A DNA stretch of 64,000 nt from an uncultured Anaerolineales bacterium (GCA_964385635.1 CAYLPU010000013.1:2558-66557); one strand, 5' to 3'. Shown: positions 53,868 to 64,000, counted from the first letter of the stretch. Program-made: numbers and translations. The notes: a model not told the origin generated them from the letters alone.

Positions 53868-55001
53868 ATGCCACGAGGAACGTTACGCAACAGACAAGAC
53901 TGCGAGGACTTTACATGCGGGTGCCTTTTCATGGGTACCGGTGGTGGTGGAGGAATCGAGTGGGGCACGAGGATGCTCGACGCGGCTCTGGAGGAGGGAC
54001 TCAACATCGAGTGGGTGGATGTGTCGGAAATACCTGACGATGTTTGGACCTGCACCCCCTATGGCATGGGCTCCATCGCTCCACCCACGCCCGAGACTGA
54101 GGCGGAGATAAAGCGCATGGGCCTGGTGGACAGGCTGGGGGATCGGGCGATGGAGGTAGCCGTGCAGGAGTTGGGCAAATATGCTGCCGTGGAGATCGGG
54201 GTCATTGTGGCAGCCGAATTGGGGGCGGGCAATACCCCGGCGCCGTTGATCACCGGGGTGCGTCTGGGCATCCCTGTGGTGGACGGTGATTATGCCGGCC
54301 GGGCCATCCCCGAGGAGATGCAGGGCACGCCCTACCTCTACGGTAAGGACAGCTTCCCGCTGGCCAGCGTGGACCGCTGGGGCAACGTTGTTATCCTCAA
54401 GGAGGCTTGTAGCCCCCACATGCTGGAGCGCATCGGTAAGATGATGGCCGTAGCCGCCTTCGGCACGTGCACCATCGCCGCCACTTTGCTCAGTGGGCGT
54501 GAGATGAAGGAGATAGTGGTTCCCGGCACCCTCACCAGGTGCCTGAGTCTGGGACGCGCTGTCCGCCAGGCGCGAGAGCAAGGCGATGATCCCGTCCAGG
54601 CCGCCATTGAGCACACCGGCGGCTGGCTGCTCTTCGAGGGAGAGGTAACTGGCAAGGACTGGGAGGGTCGCGGGGGCTACATGTTCGGCACCACCCATAT
54701 CAAAGGCACGGGGGACTACGCTGGTCACACCCTCGATGTCTGGTTCAAGAACGAGAACCACGTCTCCTGGCTGGACGGGGAGCCTTACGTCTGCAGCCCC
54801 GACCTGGTAGCCATCGTGGACCGGGAGACGGGCGAGGGGTTCACCAACACGGTTATTGACGCTGGTCACCGGGTGGCTGTGGTGGGCATCAAGGGATTGG
54901 AAGCCTTTCGTTCGGAGCGGGGGCTGGCCGGCGCTGGCCCGCGACACTTCGGCTTTGACATTGACTACGTCCCTATCGAGAAGCTGATGGAAGGTAAATA
55001 G
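53868..55001 (+). CDS. DUF917-family protein (hydantoinase-associated)
   Basis: 377 aa with the N-terminal CGCLFMGTGGGGG motif and overall DUF917-like layout. AGGGAGG SD. Confidence 0.7.
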   Translation: MPRGTLRNRQDCEDFTCGCLFMGTGGGGGIEWGTRMLDAALEEGLNIEWVDVSEIPDDVWTCTPYGMGSIAPPTPETEAEIKRMGLVDRLGDRAMEVAVQELGKYAAVEIGVIVAAELGAGNTPAPLITGVRLGIPVVDGDYAGRAIPEEMQGTPYLYGKDSFPLASVDRWGNVVILKEACSPHMLERIGKMMAVAAFGTCTIAATLLSGREMKEIVVPGTLTRCLSLGRAVRQAREQGDDPVQAAIEHTGGWLLFEGEVTGKDWEGRGGYMFGTTHIKGTGDYAGHTLDVWFKNENHVSWLDGEPYVCSPDLVAIVDRETGEGFTNTVIDAGHRVAVVGIKGLEAFRSERGLAGAGPRHFGFDIDYVPIEKLMEGK

Positions 55002-55038
55002 GCCATTGGCCGTTCGGCACGGCATCGAAGACGGGGTC

Positions 55039-55066
55039 TTGACATCCGGCGATTTCTCCGTATACT
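55039..55066 (+). promoter_or_regulatory. sigma70-like promoter of ABC importer operon 2
   Basis: TTGACA (55039-55044), 16-nt spacer, TATACT (55061-55066). About 200-nt leader. Confidence 0.6.
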
Positions 55067-55273
55067 AATCGCATCGCAGATTCAGGCGAACCGATGTGCT
55101 GCATGTCCTGAGCCTGTCGAAGGATGTGAGAACGCCTGCTGGGGCAATGGCCCTTCGTCGAAAAGCCTGTCAACATGCGAAAGGAGGTGATGGCGCGAGA
55201 TATACTTATCCTCTCTTACCCTCTCATACCCACCCAAGTTTGCGCAACCGTTTCATAAGCAAGGAGGAGAAAA

Positions 55274-56914
55274 ATGAAAACCTTACGTGTTCTGAGTGCT
55301 ATGATGGTGTTAGTCCTGGTCACTGGCCTGGTTGCGTCGTGCGCGCGCCCAACCGAGGCACCGCCTGAGCCGACCGAGGCGCCACCACCAGAGAAACGGG
55401 TCCTCCGCATCAGCTTTTCCTGGCCTACCTACATTGACCCTGCGGTGGGGTCTGACTTCTCCAGCTCGTCCTCTCTGTGTAACCTGTATGACACTCTCGT
55501 CTTTCCCACCACCGAGGGCGGGGTCGATCCTCACGTGGCGGACAGTTGGGAGACCTCCGCTGACGGCCTCACCTGGACCTTCCATCTCAGAGAAGGGATC
55601 AAGTTCCACAACGGGAGTGAGCTGACGGCCAGCGACATCGCCTTCAGCATGAACCGGATGCTAGAGATCGGCGAGGGATACGCCTATGTGTTCCTGGGTA
55701 CCGTCGAAAGCGCCACCGCCCCCGACGACTACACGGTCCAGTTCAAGCTCGCCAAACCGAGTGGCATCTTCCTCATCAGCCTGGTTCGCCTGTACATTGC
55801 CGACGAAGAGGAAGTGATGGACAACATCGTCACCCCAGGACCTTACGGCGATAACGGCGACTATGGCAAGGAATATCTGCTGACTCACGACGCCGGCTCT
55901 GGGCCCTACACGGTTAAGGAGTTCCCCCTGGAGGAGTACCTCCTGATGGAGAAGTACGACGACTGGTTCGGAGAGTTCCACCCGAACGCGCCCGACGAGG
56001 TGAAGTTCATCGGCACCACTGAGCCAGCCACCGTGCGGACGCTGATGTCACGAGGGGAACTGGAGATCACGGACCAGTGGCAGCCCATCGAGGCGCTGGA
56101 GGCACTCGACGAGATGGAGGGGGTTGACGTGGCCGCCTTCCTGACCCTCACCGAATTCTACTACATGATGCACACCCAGAAGCCGCCTACGGACGACATT
56201 CACTTCCGGCGGGCCATGGCTTACGCATTTGACTACGAGGCCGCCGTCGCCCTGGAGTGGCCTGGGACACAGCAGTCGCGAGGACCGGTCCCAATCATAA
56301 CGGCCGGCCATAACCCGGATGTCTTCGTTTTCCAACGTGACCTTGACAAGGCGCGTGAGGAGTTGGCGCTGTCGCCATACGCCGATGCACTCGACGATTA
56401 CCCGGTGGAAGTCCACTGGATCACCGACGTACCTGCCGAGGAGAAGTGGGCCCTCCTCTTCCAGGCCAACATGGCCGACATCGGCATAAATGTCGAGGTC
56501 GTCAGCACGCCGTGGACGGCTGTGGTCGAGGAGACGGGCGACATAGAGACGAGTCCTCACATCGTGACCATCTACGTCTCGGCTGACTTCCCCGAAGCGG
56601 GTTCCCTGCTGAAGGTGCGCTACCACTCCGACGCCGCCCCCACCTGGTCGCAGAACGAGTGGCTGTTGGATGATGAGTTGGATCAGATGATCGAAGACTC
56701 CCTGACCACCGTGGACGAGGAGGAGCGATACGCCAAGTACAGGGATTTGCAGGATTACATCATGGATCTCTGCCCGAGTCTCTTCCTGTACGACCAGGTT
56801 CAAAAGCAGGCGTACCGGTCGGACTACGTTGACTTCCCTGCCGCTCGTGGGGAGGTCATCCCGCTGATGGGCCTCGTCTTCTTCGCGCCCAAGATCGGGG
56901 TCACCGGGCCATAG
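55274..56914 (+). CDS. ABC transporter substrate-binding lipoprotein, family 5 (paralog of 46211-47830)
   Basis: AAGGAGGAG SD. Signal peptide with lipobox LVASC. 546 aa. Confidence 0.85.
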   Translation: MKTLRVLSAMMVLVLVTGLVASCARPTEAPPEPTEAPPPEKRVLRISFSWPTYIDPAVGSDFSSSSSLCNLYDTLVFPTTEGGVDPHVADSWETSADGLTWTFHLREGIKFHNGSELTASDIAFSMNRMLEIGEGYAYVFLGTVESATAPDDYTVQFKLAKPSGIFLISLVRLYIADEEEVMDNIVTPGPYGDNGDYGKEYLLTHDAGSGPYTVKEFPLEEYLLMEKYDDWFGEFHPNAPDEVKFIGTTEPATVRTLMSRGELEITDQWQPIEALEALDEMEGVDVAAFLTLTEFYYMMHTQKPPTDDIHFRRAMAYAFDYEAAVALEWPGTQQSRGPVPIITAGHNPDVFVFQRDLDKAREELALSPYADALDDYPVEVHWITDVPAEEKWALLFQANMADIGINVEVVSTPWTAVVEETGDIETSPHIVTIYVSADFPEAGSLLKVRYHSDAAPTWSQNEWLLDDELDQMIEDSLTTVDEEERYAKYRDLQDYIMDLCPSLFLYDQVQKQAYRSDYVDFPAARGEVIPLMGLVFFAPKIGVTGP

Positions 56915-57002
56915 GTGCTGCCCGTGTGTTAAATCGAGCCCCTGAGGGGTCTCAATCGGCCCCTCAGGGGCTTCGGCTGGATTCCTTATCGAGGAGGTAT
57001 AG

Positions 57003-58031
57003 ATGGGATTCATTACTTTCCTTGTTCGTCGTATCCTCCATTCTATCTTTGTCTTACTCGGCCTCTCCATCGTGATCTTTATCATCTCTCGGATCATGCC
57101 CGGCAATCCGGCGCGGATGGCCGTGGGCCCCAGGGCGCCCCAGTATGTGATTGACGAAATGAGCCGACTGATGCACCTCCATGAACCGCTTCACGTCCAG
57201 TACTATTACTGGCTGCGCGATGCCCTACATGGCGATTTTGGCACTTCCCTGGTGACGAGGCGCGCGGTGGCCGACGACATGAAGGAGTTTTTCCCGGCGA
57301 CGCTGGAATTGACTCTCTTCGCTGGCGTCATTATGGCAGGAGGGGGCATCTTTATCGGGATACTCTCTGCCCAGCATAAGGACAAGTGGATTGATAACGT
57401 TCTTCGCCTCGTTTCCTACCTTGGGGTGGTGACCCCCTCTTTCATCTTCGCCATCTTCTTTCTTCTCCTGTTTGGCATGGCCCTGGAGTGGATGCCGACG
57501 ATGAGCAGGCTCAGCCCCGGGGTCTCACCCCCGCGGACCATCACCGGCCTCATCACTGTAGATTCCCTGCTGGCCGGCAATCTGACGGCCTTCCTCGACG
57601 CCCTGTGGCACCTTATCCTGCCCGGGATCGCCCTGGCCATGGGGGGGCTGGCCCAGGAGTCCCGCATCACCCGCTCGAGCATGTCCGACAATCTGACCAA
57701 GGACTACATCGCGTCCGCACGCTCCCTCGGCATCCCGGAGAGGGTGATCATGAGGCGTTTTCTGCTCAAACCTTCCCTGATCCCAACGGTCTCGATCCTG
57801 GGTCTTGACTTTGCCGGTACGATGGCCAACGCCTTCCTGGTCGAGTTTATCTTTAACTGGCCCGGGAGTTCCAGTTATGGCTACAGCGCTATGTTGCGCA
57901 AGGACCTGAACGCCATCGCCGGGGTCGTCTTGACCATGGGTGTTGTCTTCATCGTCGTCAACGTCCTGGTGGACATCGTCGTCGGTCTGCTCGACCCCAG
58001 AATCCGATTGGCTCCGCAAAGAGGTGAATAA
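57003..58031 (+). CDS. ABC transporter permease (DppB-like)
   Basis: GAGGAGG SD. YIASARSLGIPERVIMRRFLLKP. Confidence 0.85.
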   Translation: MGFITFLVRRILHSIFVLLGLSIVIFIISRIMPGNPARMAVGPRAPQYVIDEMSRLMHLHEPLHVQYYYWLRDALHGDFGTSLVTRRAVADDMKEFFPATLELTLFAGVIMAGGGIFIGILSAQHKDKWIDNVLRLVSYLGVVTPSFIFAIFFLLLFGMALEWMPTMSRLSPGVSPPRTITGLITVDSLLAGNLTAFLDALWHLILPGIALAMGGLAQESRITRSSMSDNLTKDYIASARSLGIPERVIMRRFLLKPSLIPTVSILGLDFAGTMANAFLVEFIFNWPGSSSYGYSAMLRKDLNAIAGVVLTMGVVFIVVNVLVDIVVGLLDPRIRLAPQRGE

Positions 58032-58032
58032 C

Positions 58033-58926
58033 GTGACAGTACAGGCGAAGAATCCAGCTCTGCCAAAGAGCAAGATCGTGGAGAATCTTGGCCGCAACTG
58101 GTACAAGTTCTCACGCAATCCGATGTCCATCATCGGGTTGTGCACCGTCCTCCTCGTCCTCCTCCTGGCCGTTTTCGCTCCGCTGGTTGCCCCGTACCCG
58201 CAGCACGCCGGCAAGTTCGTTGACTTTGCCAATGCCAGCCGTCCTCCGTGCAAGGAGTATCTATTCGGCACCGATGTTATAGGCCGCGACATTTTAAGCC
58301 GGATTTTCTTCGGTTTCCGCTTCTCGCTAGCGATGGGAGTGGTCGTTCTGAGCCTGGTCGTCCCCCCGGGAGTGACGCTGGGACTGATCGCCGGCTACAA
58401 CCAAGGAACCTGGATTGAGACAGTGATCATGCGCATCACTGACATTTTCGTGTCTGTGCCATCGCTGATCCTGGCCCTGGCCATTACCTCTGTTCTCACC
58501 CCAAACCTGACCAACTCCATGATAGCCGTCTCCTTGATGTGGTGGCCGTGGTATACCCGGCTGGTCTACGGACTGGGCACCACCCTGCGGAACGAGTTCT
58601 TTGTCAGCGCGGCCGAGGCGATCGGAGCCAGCAAGGTCCACATCATCTTCAGGGAGATTCTTCCCAACTGCTTCTCGCCCATCTTTACCAAGATGAGCCT
58701 CGATATGGCGTGGGTCATTCTTATCGGCTCCACGCTCAGTTTCGCTGGACTCGGTGTGCAGCCGCCCAGGCCCGGCCTGGGGACCATGGTCGCCGGTGGA
58801 CGGATCTACCTGCCAGAGCAGTGGTGGATTTCAGTCTTTCCCGCCCTGGCTATCGTGGTCGTCGTCCTCGGCTTCAACCTGCTGGGTGACGGCCTACGCG
58901 ATATGTTCGCGGCCGAGGAGGTCTGA
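58033..58926 (+). CDS. ABC transporter permease (DppC-like)
   Basis: GTG start at 58033 after AGAGGTGA, 1 nt past the previous stop. FVSAAEAIGASKVHIIFREILPN. Confidence 0.8.
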   Translation: MTVQAKNPALPKSKIVENLGRNWYKFSRNPMSIIGLCTVLLVLLLAVFAPLVAPYPQHAGKFVDFANASRPPCKEYLFGTDVIGRDILSRIFFGFRFSLAMGVVVLSLVVPPGVTLGLIAGYNQGTWIETVIMRITDIFVSVPSLILALAITSVLTPNLTNSMIAVSLMWWPWYTRLVYGLGTTLRNEFFVSAAEAIGASKVHIIFREILPNCFSPIFTKMSLDMAWVILIGSTLSFAGLGVQPPRPGLGTMVAGGRIYLPEQWWISVFPALAIVVVVLGFNLLGDGLRDMFAAEEV

Positions 58927-58927
58927 G

Positions 58928-59941
58928 ATGAACACTTCGACTGGGCTCAGTGCAAGCACTCCCCCACTGCTAGAGATCAAGGACCTGTACGTTCATTTCG
59001 ACGTCTACGGGGGCACACTAAAGGTCCTGGACGGGGTGCACTTTGCCGTGCACAGCGGGGAGAAGGTCGGCCTCGTCGGCGAGGCCGGCTGCGGCAAGAC
59101 GACGACGATGAAGTCAATCCTGCGCATCTTGCCTACGCCGCCAGCCCGGATCCCGAGTGGAGAGATCTACTTCAAGGGGCAAGACGTCCTCAAGATGGGA
59201 GATGGTGAACTGCAACGGATACGGAGCGAGGGCATCTCGATGATCTTTCAGGACCCGACGGCGGCCCTCAACCCGGTCTTCACCGTCGGTCAACAACTGG
59301 GGGCTGTGGTTAAGTATTCAATGGAAGGTAAAAAGCTATCCAGGAAGGAAATCCGCGAACGGGCCCTCATCCCCTTAAAAGAGGTGGCCCTGCCCGATCC
59401 GGAACGGATGCTGGATAGTTACCCCATCCAACTCAGCGGCGGGATGCGGCAACGGGTTTGCATCGCCATGGCGCTGGTCGCCAGCCGAGAACTACTCATC
59501 GCCGACGAGCCGGGCACCTCCTTGGATGTCACTATCCAGGATCAGATCTTGCGGCTGCTGCACCAGTTGGTGGAGGAAAAGAATGTCTCCGTCATCCTCA
59601 TCACCCACAGCCTGGGAGTGGTGAGGGAGACGACCGACCGGGTCTACGTCATGTATGCCGGCAACATGGTAGAAGCAGCCGCCACCGAGGAGCTTTTTGC
59701 CAACCCGCGGCACCCCTACACCCACGGGCTGATGGCCGCCGTCCCCAGGCTGACGGGCGGCGGCGTCTCCGACGGTATCCCAGGGCGGATCCCGGACTAC
59801 CTCGATCCGCCGCCCGGCTGCCGCTTCCATCCACGCTGCGATCATGCGATGGATATCTGCCGGCAAGAGAAACCCCCCTTCTACAGGCTCAACGACAACC
59901 ACGAGGTCGCTTGTTTCCTCTATCGGGATGGTGGTAAATGA
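58928..59941 (+). CDS. ABC transporter ATP-binding protein (DppD-like)
   Basis: ATG 58928 after [36 protein letters not shown]. Confidence 0.9.
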   Translation: MNTSTGLSASTPPLLEIKDLYVHFDVYGGTLKVLDGVHFAVHSGEKVGLVGEAGCGKTTTMKSILRILPTPPARIPSGEIYFKGQDVLKMGDGELQRIRSEGISMIFQDPTAALNPVFTVGQQLGAVVKYSMEGKKLSRKEIRERALIPLKEVALPDPERMLDSYPIQLSGGMRQRVCIAMALVASRELLIADEPGTSLDVTIQDQILRLLHQLVEEKNVSVILITHSLGVVRETTDRVYVMYAGNMVEAAATEELFANPRHPYTHGLMAAVPRLTGGGVSDGIPGRIPDYLDPPPGCRFHPRCDHAMDICRQEKPPFYRLNDNHEVACFLYRDGGK

Positions 59942-60924
59942 ATACTACTGACATTCTAACCGTCACCGATCTGAAAAAATACTTTGTCATCGGATATGGT
60001 GGCATCTTGAAACGGGACCCCATCACGGTCAAGGCGGTAGATGGCATCTCCTTTGCCGTACGAGAGGGGGAGACTTTTGGCCTGGTCGGGGAGTCCGGTT
60101 CCGGCAAGAGCACCGTCGCTTACACGACCATCGGTATGTACCGGCCAACCGAGGGTACCATCAGCTTCCGGGGGCAGAACCTGTTCGAGGGAAACAAGAC
60201 GCGGCCACTGGGCCTCAAGAAGGAGGTTCAGATCGTCTTCCAGGATCCAGGCTCGTCTCTGAATCCGAGGCGGAGCATCAAACAGATCTTAGAGTTGCCA
60301 CTTCAGATTCACCGCCGGGACGAGAATCGGCTGGAGCAGGTCGTCCAGTTGCTGGAGATGGTCCAGTTGCCGCCGGATTACATGCACAAGTATCCCCAGA
60401 TGGTAGGCGGGGGCGAGAAGCAGATGGTAGCCATTGCCCGGGCGCTGGCCACCGATCCCTCCTTCGTCATCCTCGACGAGCCGACTTCTGCCCTGGATGT
60501 TTCTATCCAGGGAAAGATTATCAACCTCCTCATACGGTTGCAGAACGAGTTTCATCTTTCCTACTTGTTTATTACCCACGATCTGAGCCTGATGCGCAAC
60601 GTCGCCTCACGGGTGGCCATCATGTACCTGGGCAAAATCTGTGAGGTTGCAGAGGCGGCCGAGTTCTTCCGTAACCCGTACCACCCATATACGCAGATGC
60701 TCCTCTCCTCCATTCCAGTCATCTCGGCGGAGGAGGAGAAGCTCAAGCCCAAGAAGATCATCTCCACCGGCGAGATTCCGAGTCCGGTCAACGTCCCCAG
60801 CGGTTGCAGTTTCCACTTGCGTTGCCCTGAGAGGATGGATATCTGTTCCAGAGTGGATCCGGTCATGGTCGAGGTTGAGGAGGGACATACAGTTCGTTGC
60901 CACCTTTACGGCCAATCTGACTAG
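59938..60924 (+). CDS. ABC transporter ATP-binding protein (DppF-like)
   Basis: ATGA overlap with the previous gene. [21 protein letters not shown]. The signature motif is degenerate (MVGGGEKQ). Confidence 0.85.
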   Translation: MNTTDILTVTDLKKYFVIGYGGILKRDPITVKAVDGISFAVREGETFGLVGESGSGKSTVAYTTIGMYRPTEGTISFRGQNLFEGNKTRPLGLKKEVQIVFQDPGSSLNPRRSIKQILELPLQIHRRDENRLEQVVQLLEMVQLPPDYMHKYPQMVGGGEKQMVAIARALATDPSFVILDEPTSALDVSIQGKIINLLIRLQNEFHLSYLFITHDLSLMRNVASRVAIMYLGKICEVAEAAEFFRNPYHPYTQMLLSSIPVISAEEEKLKPKKIISTGEIPSPVNVPSGCSFHLRCPERMDICSRVDPVMVEVEEGHTVRCHLYGQSD

Positions 60925-61041
60925 TTTGGCAACGTCATGTTAGAGCAGAGGGCGCCTTTTGCTCCGGCTGGGTCGCCAGATCCAGCCGCCTGGCGGTGGA
61001 TTTGACAATCCACCGCGAGCATGGACTGAGGGGAGAGAATC

Positions 61042-61830
61042 ATGAAGCAGAGAATCTTGTACATTCACCCCGTAGGCCCCGTGGGAGTCGAGATGGAAGA
61101 AGGGCTCCAGTTCCTAACGAGCCAGAAGCGGGAGGAGACGGAACTGACCATGGTCAATCTGCCCCGTGGCCCGGAGCATCTGGAGTACCGCTACTACGAG
61201 GCTCTGGTCCTGGTGGACATCTTGCACCTGATCAAAGAAGCCGAAAGCCAGGGGTTCGACGCGGTGGTCATTGGTTGCTTTTACGATGTGGGGTTGCAAG
61301 CCGCCCGCGAGGTGGCGGAGCGAATGGTAGTAGTGGCCCCTTGTGAAGCATCTACCCATATCGCCTCCACTCTGGGAGACAAGTTCTCCATCATCGTGGG
61401 TCGCAGGAAGTGGATTCCGGAAATGATGGAGAACGTAGTCAGATATGGCATGAAAGAGAGGCTGGCCTCTTTCAAGTCGGTTGACCTGGGGGTGCTTGAG
61501 TTTCATCAGGACGAGGAGGAGACGGCCCGCCGATTCAGGAAGGCCGGACGGGAAGCCGTAGAGCGTGATGGGGCCGAGGTGCTCATCCTGGGTTGCACAG
61601 CCACCTATGGTTTCTATCGTGAACTCCAGGAGGAGTTGGGGGTGCCCGTCATAGACTCCATGATCGCCGCCTTCAAAACCGCCGAGTTCGCGGCTGAACT
61701 GAAGAACCGACTTGGGTGGAGTCACAGCAAGATAGGGGCCTACGAGTCACCTCCTCCAGAGGAGTTCACCCCCTGGCGACTTGAGGAGCAGTACGACTTT
61801 GGCGATATGAGGACTTGGCTGCAACGATAA
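61042..61830 (+). CDS. Asp/Glu/hydantoin racemase-family protein
   Basis: AVVIGCFYDVGL (Cys1) and VLILGCTATYGF (Cys2), then WSHSKIGAY as in the fused paralog. Confidence 0.8.
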   Translation: MKQRILYIHPVGPVGVEMEEGLQFLTSQKREETELTMVNLPRGPEHLEYRYYEALVLVDILHLIKEAESQGFDAVVIGCFYDVGLQAAREVAERMVVVAPCEASTHIASTLGDKFSIIVGRRKWIPEMMENVVRYGMKERLASFKSVDLGVLEFHQDEEETARRFRKAGREAVERDGAEVLILGCTATYGFYRELQEELGVPVIDSMIAAFKTAEFAAELKNRLGWSHSKIGAYESPPPEEFTPWRLEEQYDFGDMRTWLQR

Positions 61831-61873
61831 GACGCCTCAAGATGGCATGGCTGCTGATTATGGGAGACGTTTA

Positions 61874-62389
61874 ATGGACGTGCTGGAAGCCATCAAGCAG
61901 AGGAGAAGTATCAGGCAATTCACTGAGCAAGCCATTGAGAGGGAGCTCCTTGAGCAGATTCTGGACGCGGCCCGGTGGGCGCCAACGGCCGGAAACCAAC
62001 AGAGGTGGCGTTTCATCGTCGTCACCGACCCCACGGTGAAGGAGATGGTGAGAAAGGTCTCCCCGGGCATCTTTGCCACGCCCGCGGCCTTTATTGTGAT
62101 CTGCGCCGAGAAAGCCCCAGACGCCAGTGCCTGGGACGAGTGGACCTACCTGGCCGACTGTGCCATCGCGGCGCAGAACGTAATGTTGGCCGCCCACGCG
62201 CTAGGGCTCGGTAGCTGCCTCGCCATCTCGTATGCCCGCGCTGCCCTCAAGGAGGTCCTCGACATCCCGGACCAGGTCAAGCCTGAGATGATTGTCACCC
62301 TGGGCTATCCGGCAGAAGATCCCGCGCCGCCTCCCAGGCTACCGCTGAGCCAGATCGTGTTTGCCGACGAGTACGGGAAAGAGTGGTGA
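61874..62389 (+). CDS. nitroreductase-family protein
   Basis: MDVLEAIKQRRSIRQF and RWAPTAGNQQRWRFIVV. Start at 61874 (GGGAG 8 nt upstream) rather than the ORF-track 61847. Confidence 0.85.
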   Translation: MDVLEAIKQRRSIRQFTEQAIERELLEQILDAARWAPTAGNQQRWRFIVVTDPTVKEMVRKVSPGIFATPAAFIVICAEKAPDASAWDEWTYLADCAIAAQNVMLAAHALGLGSCLAISYARAALKEVLDIPDQVKPEMIVTLGYPAEDPAPPPRLPLSQIVFADEYGKEW

Positions 62390-62395
62390 TGGTCC

Positions 62396-62713
62396 ATGGG
62401 GCAACGTATGATGGTCACGGAAGATGATGTCTTCGAACTGCTCGCTTTCCTGGTAACCAGTGCCAGGCTGTGCGTGGATGAGCCCAGGCTTTACGGAACC
62501 TTCCGTCTGGTGGATGGAGCCAGCCGGCTCCTCGGCTTCGTCCTTGAGAGTGACCAGTTGGAAGATGAGCAGTTTCTGCAACAGTTGAAAGATGAGATTG
62601 ACGAGAAGAAGATGTTGTTGGTGGCCGACCAGGAAGGATACTTCAAATTCCTGGACGACCTAACCCGCAAAGTAGCCAGAGAATTGAAAGAAAGGGCTGG
62701 CGCAGCCCCGTAG
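62396..62713 (+). CDS. hypothetical acidic helical protein
   Basis: 105-aa ORF tightly packed between neighbouring genes (6-nt and 1-nt gaps). I can assign no family with confidence. Confidence 0.6.
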   Translation: MGQRMMVTEDDVFELLAFLVTSARLCVDEPRLYGTFRLVDGASRLLGFVLESDQLEDEQFLQQLKDEIDEKKMLLVADQEGYFKFLDDLTRKVARELKERAGAAP

Positions 62714-62714
62714 G

Positions 62715-63839
62715 ATGGATATGATGCAAAGCTTTGATCTGGAAAAGCTGTTGATTGACGTATTCGCACCGCAATCAGGAGAAAAGGTGCTGGTCATGAG
62801 CGATCTGCCTCATGGAGAATATACCGATAACCAAAAATGGGCGGATCGGCGAGAGATGGCCAGAGAGTGGCACTCGGCCTTCCAGCAGTTGGGAACCAAG
62901 CTGGGGTTTAGTGTGCATCCTCTCCTCACTTATCCGGCTACTGGCGCTCACAATGCGTCTTTGCCGGAGGAGGGTGAGATGGACAGTCAGCGGGTTCGCC
63001 TGGAGGACATCTTGCGCGACACGAACATAGTCGTTGCCCTTACGGAGTACTCGGCGTCAGCCCCGTTGATCGAGTTCACCCAGGAATTGCCCAACCTGCG
63101 GGCTGCCAGCATGCCTGGGGTCACGAAGAGCATGGAGCAAACAGCCCTGGCAGCGGACTATAGCGAGGTGGCTCGTAAGAGCCATATCTTGGCCGCTAGG
63201 CTTGACCAAGCGTTGGGCGCGCAGGTGGAATTCTCCACCGGACATCAACTGTACTTCGACCTGCGAAATCGCAAGGCTGAGGCCGATGATGGGCAACTTC
63301 ACGCTGACAAGAAGGGCATGCGCTTCATCAATCTACCCAGCGGCGAGGCTTTTATCGCTCCTTACGAGGGGGAATTGGAAGGCCAGCCTAGCCGGACAAA
63401 AGGCATGATCCCTTCGGCAGAGCTCAGGGCAGACCCTGTCATGTATGATGATGAACTGGTTTTGTTCAGGGTGCAGGAGAACCGGATCGTGGAGGTGATC
63501 GGCGACGGTCCACAGGCGGCTCAAAAACGAGACTACTTCGCCGTAGACCAAGCGCGCTGCAATATCGCTGAGTTAGGCCTGGGCTGTAACGATAAGGCAG
63601 TCATCTCTGGAAGTGTCTTAGAGGACGAGAAGGTGTTGGGCTTGCATTGGGCATACGGCCGTAGCGACCATCTTGGGGGAACCGTAGGCGTCGCCGATTT
63701 CAGCGATCCCAGTTATGTGGTTCACTATGACATCATCTACCCCAAAGGTGGCCGTATTGAGATCGGGAGTCTCGTTCTGGAATACGAGGATGGGACGAGC
63801 GAAGAGATAATCAGAGATGGTCAATACATGATATTCTAG
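62715..63839 (+). CDS. M29-like (aminopeptidase T/S family) metallopeptidase
   Basis: INLPSGEAFIAPYEG, LHWAYGRSDHLGG and VHYDIIYP resemble thermophilic aminopeptidase motifs. Confidence 0.55.
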   Translation: MDMMQSFDLEKLLIDVFAPQSGEKVLVMSDLPHGEYTDNQKWADRREMAREWHSAFQQLGTKLGFSVHPLLTYPATGAHNASLPEEGEMDSQRVRLEDILRDTNIVVALTEYSASAPLIEFTQELPNLRAASMPGVTKSMEQTALAADYSEVARKSHILAARLDQALGAQVEFSTGHQLYFDLRNRKAEADDGQLHADKKGMRFINLPSGEAFIAPYEGELEGQPSRTKGMIPSAELRADPVMYDDELVLFRVQENRIVEVIGDGPQAAQKRDYFAVDQARCNIAELGLGCNDKAVISGSVLEDEKVLGLHWAYGRSDHLGGTVGVADFSDPSYVVHYDIIYPKGGRIEIGSLVLEYEDGTSEEIIRDGQYMIF

Positions 63840-64000
63840 CATCAGGATGGCTACCCACGGGCTGCAGGTTTCACCCCCGTTGCGAGCACGCCAGGCCTCG
63901 CTGTGCGGAGGAACCGCCACCGCCACCGATGGAGATCGTGCCTGGCCAAGAGGTTAGCTGTTTCGTGTACTCTTGAGTGAAGCTCCGCAAAGAGGCTTCC

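Noticed and set aside
60996-61013. Palindrome GTGGATT-TGAC-AATCCAC overlapping a TTGACA hexamer upstream of the third racemase gene, considered as a promoter/operator
   Set aside because: No acceptable -10 hexamer lies 16-18 nt downstream (ACTGAG / GACTGA). The 7-bp palindrome alone is too short to call.
63853-64000. Open minus-strand frame running in from the right edge and ending at a TAG around 63853
   Set aside because: Only about 49 codons are visible, they are Arg/Trp-rich and they carry no recognisable motif. This is insufficient to call a partial CDS.

Overview
High-GC bacterial chromosomal segment, about 60-65% GC by eye (not computed). The gene content and repeat style resemble Chloroflexota-like bacteria, but I cannot verify taxonomy from this window. 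I support about 57 protein-coding genes and recognised no rRNA, tRNA or CRISPR array.

Layout, left to right:
- 0.1-9 kb: housekeeping and accessory genes (class-III aminotransferase, MscS channel, papain-fold hydrolase, histidine phosphatase coupled to a membrane-anchored nucleoside-hydrolase-like protein, Uma2 nuclease, MalQ).
- 9.5-14.6 kb: sugar locus (FGGY kinase, RpiR regulator, GH36-like glycosidase).
- 14.6-20 kb: visibly lower-GC block (CGGC protein, two M20 amidohydrolases flanking two uncharacterised membrane proteins).
- 20-28.7 kb: P-type ATPase, RsgA, a secreted clan GH-A glycosidase, a PBP2-like transpeptidase and Maf.
- 28.8-38 kb: minus-strand phosphorelay. Order is HTH, truncated REC, REC, a 2200-aa hybrid histidine kinase with nearly identical internal duplications, then Hpt. 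A 1.2-kb REP-hairpin array carrying a RAYT-type Y1 transposase splits it.
- 38.2-41.6 kb: UvrB and an ATP-cone/uridine-kinase-like protein.
- 41.7-45.6 kb: two type II toxin-antitoxin modules, then an FAD oxidoreductase tightly coupled to an Rnl2-like RNA ligase.
- 46-64 kb: island with two complete Dpp/Opp-type ABC importers, three hydantoin-racemase-family genes (one a tandem fusion sitting between the permease genes), DUF917, a nitroreductase and an M29-like aminopeptidase.

Non-coding structure is rich:
- At least 10 near-consensus TTGAC(A/G)-16/17-TAnnAT promoters.
- A 29-nt perfect palindrome present twice.
- An 82-nt intercistronic repeat present twice.
- 7-nt-periodic NGAATNN tracts abutting several start codons.
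- An orphan promoter driving a roughly 400-nt structured leader with a cobalamin-riboswitch-like core.

The best candidates for something undescribed are the DAO-oxidoreductase/RNA-ligase pair beside the toxin-antitoxin modules, the REP-RAYT island, the heptamer tracts, and the racemase/DUF917/ABC island. All functional calls rest on motif recognition by eye and no database search was possible.
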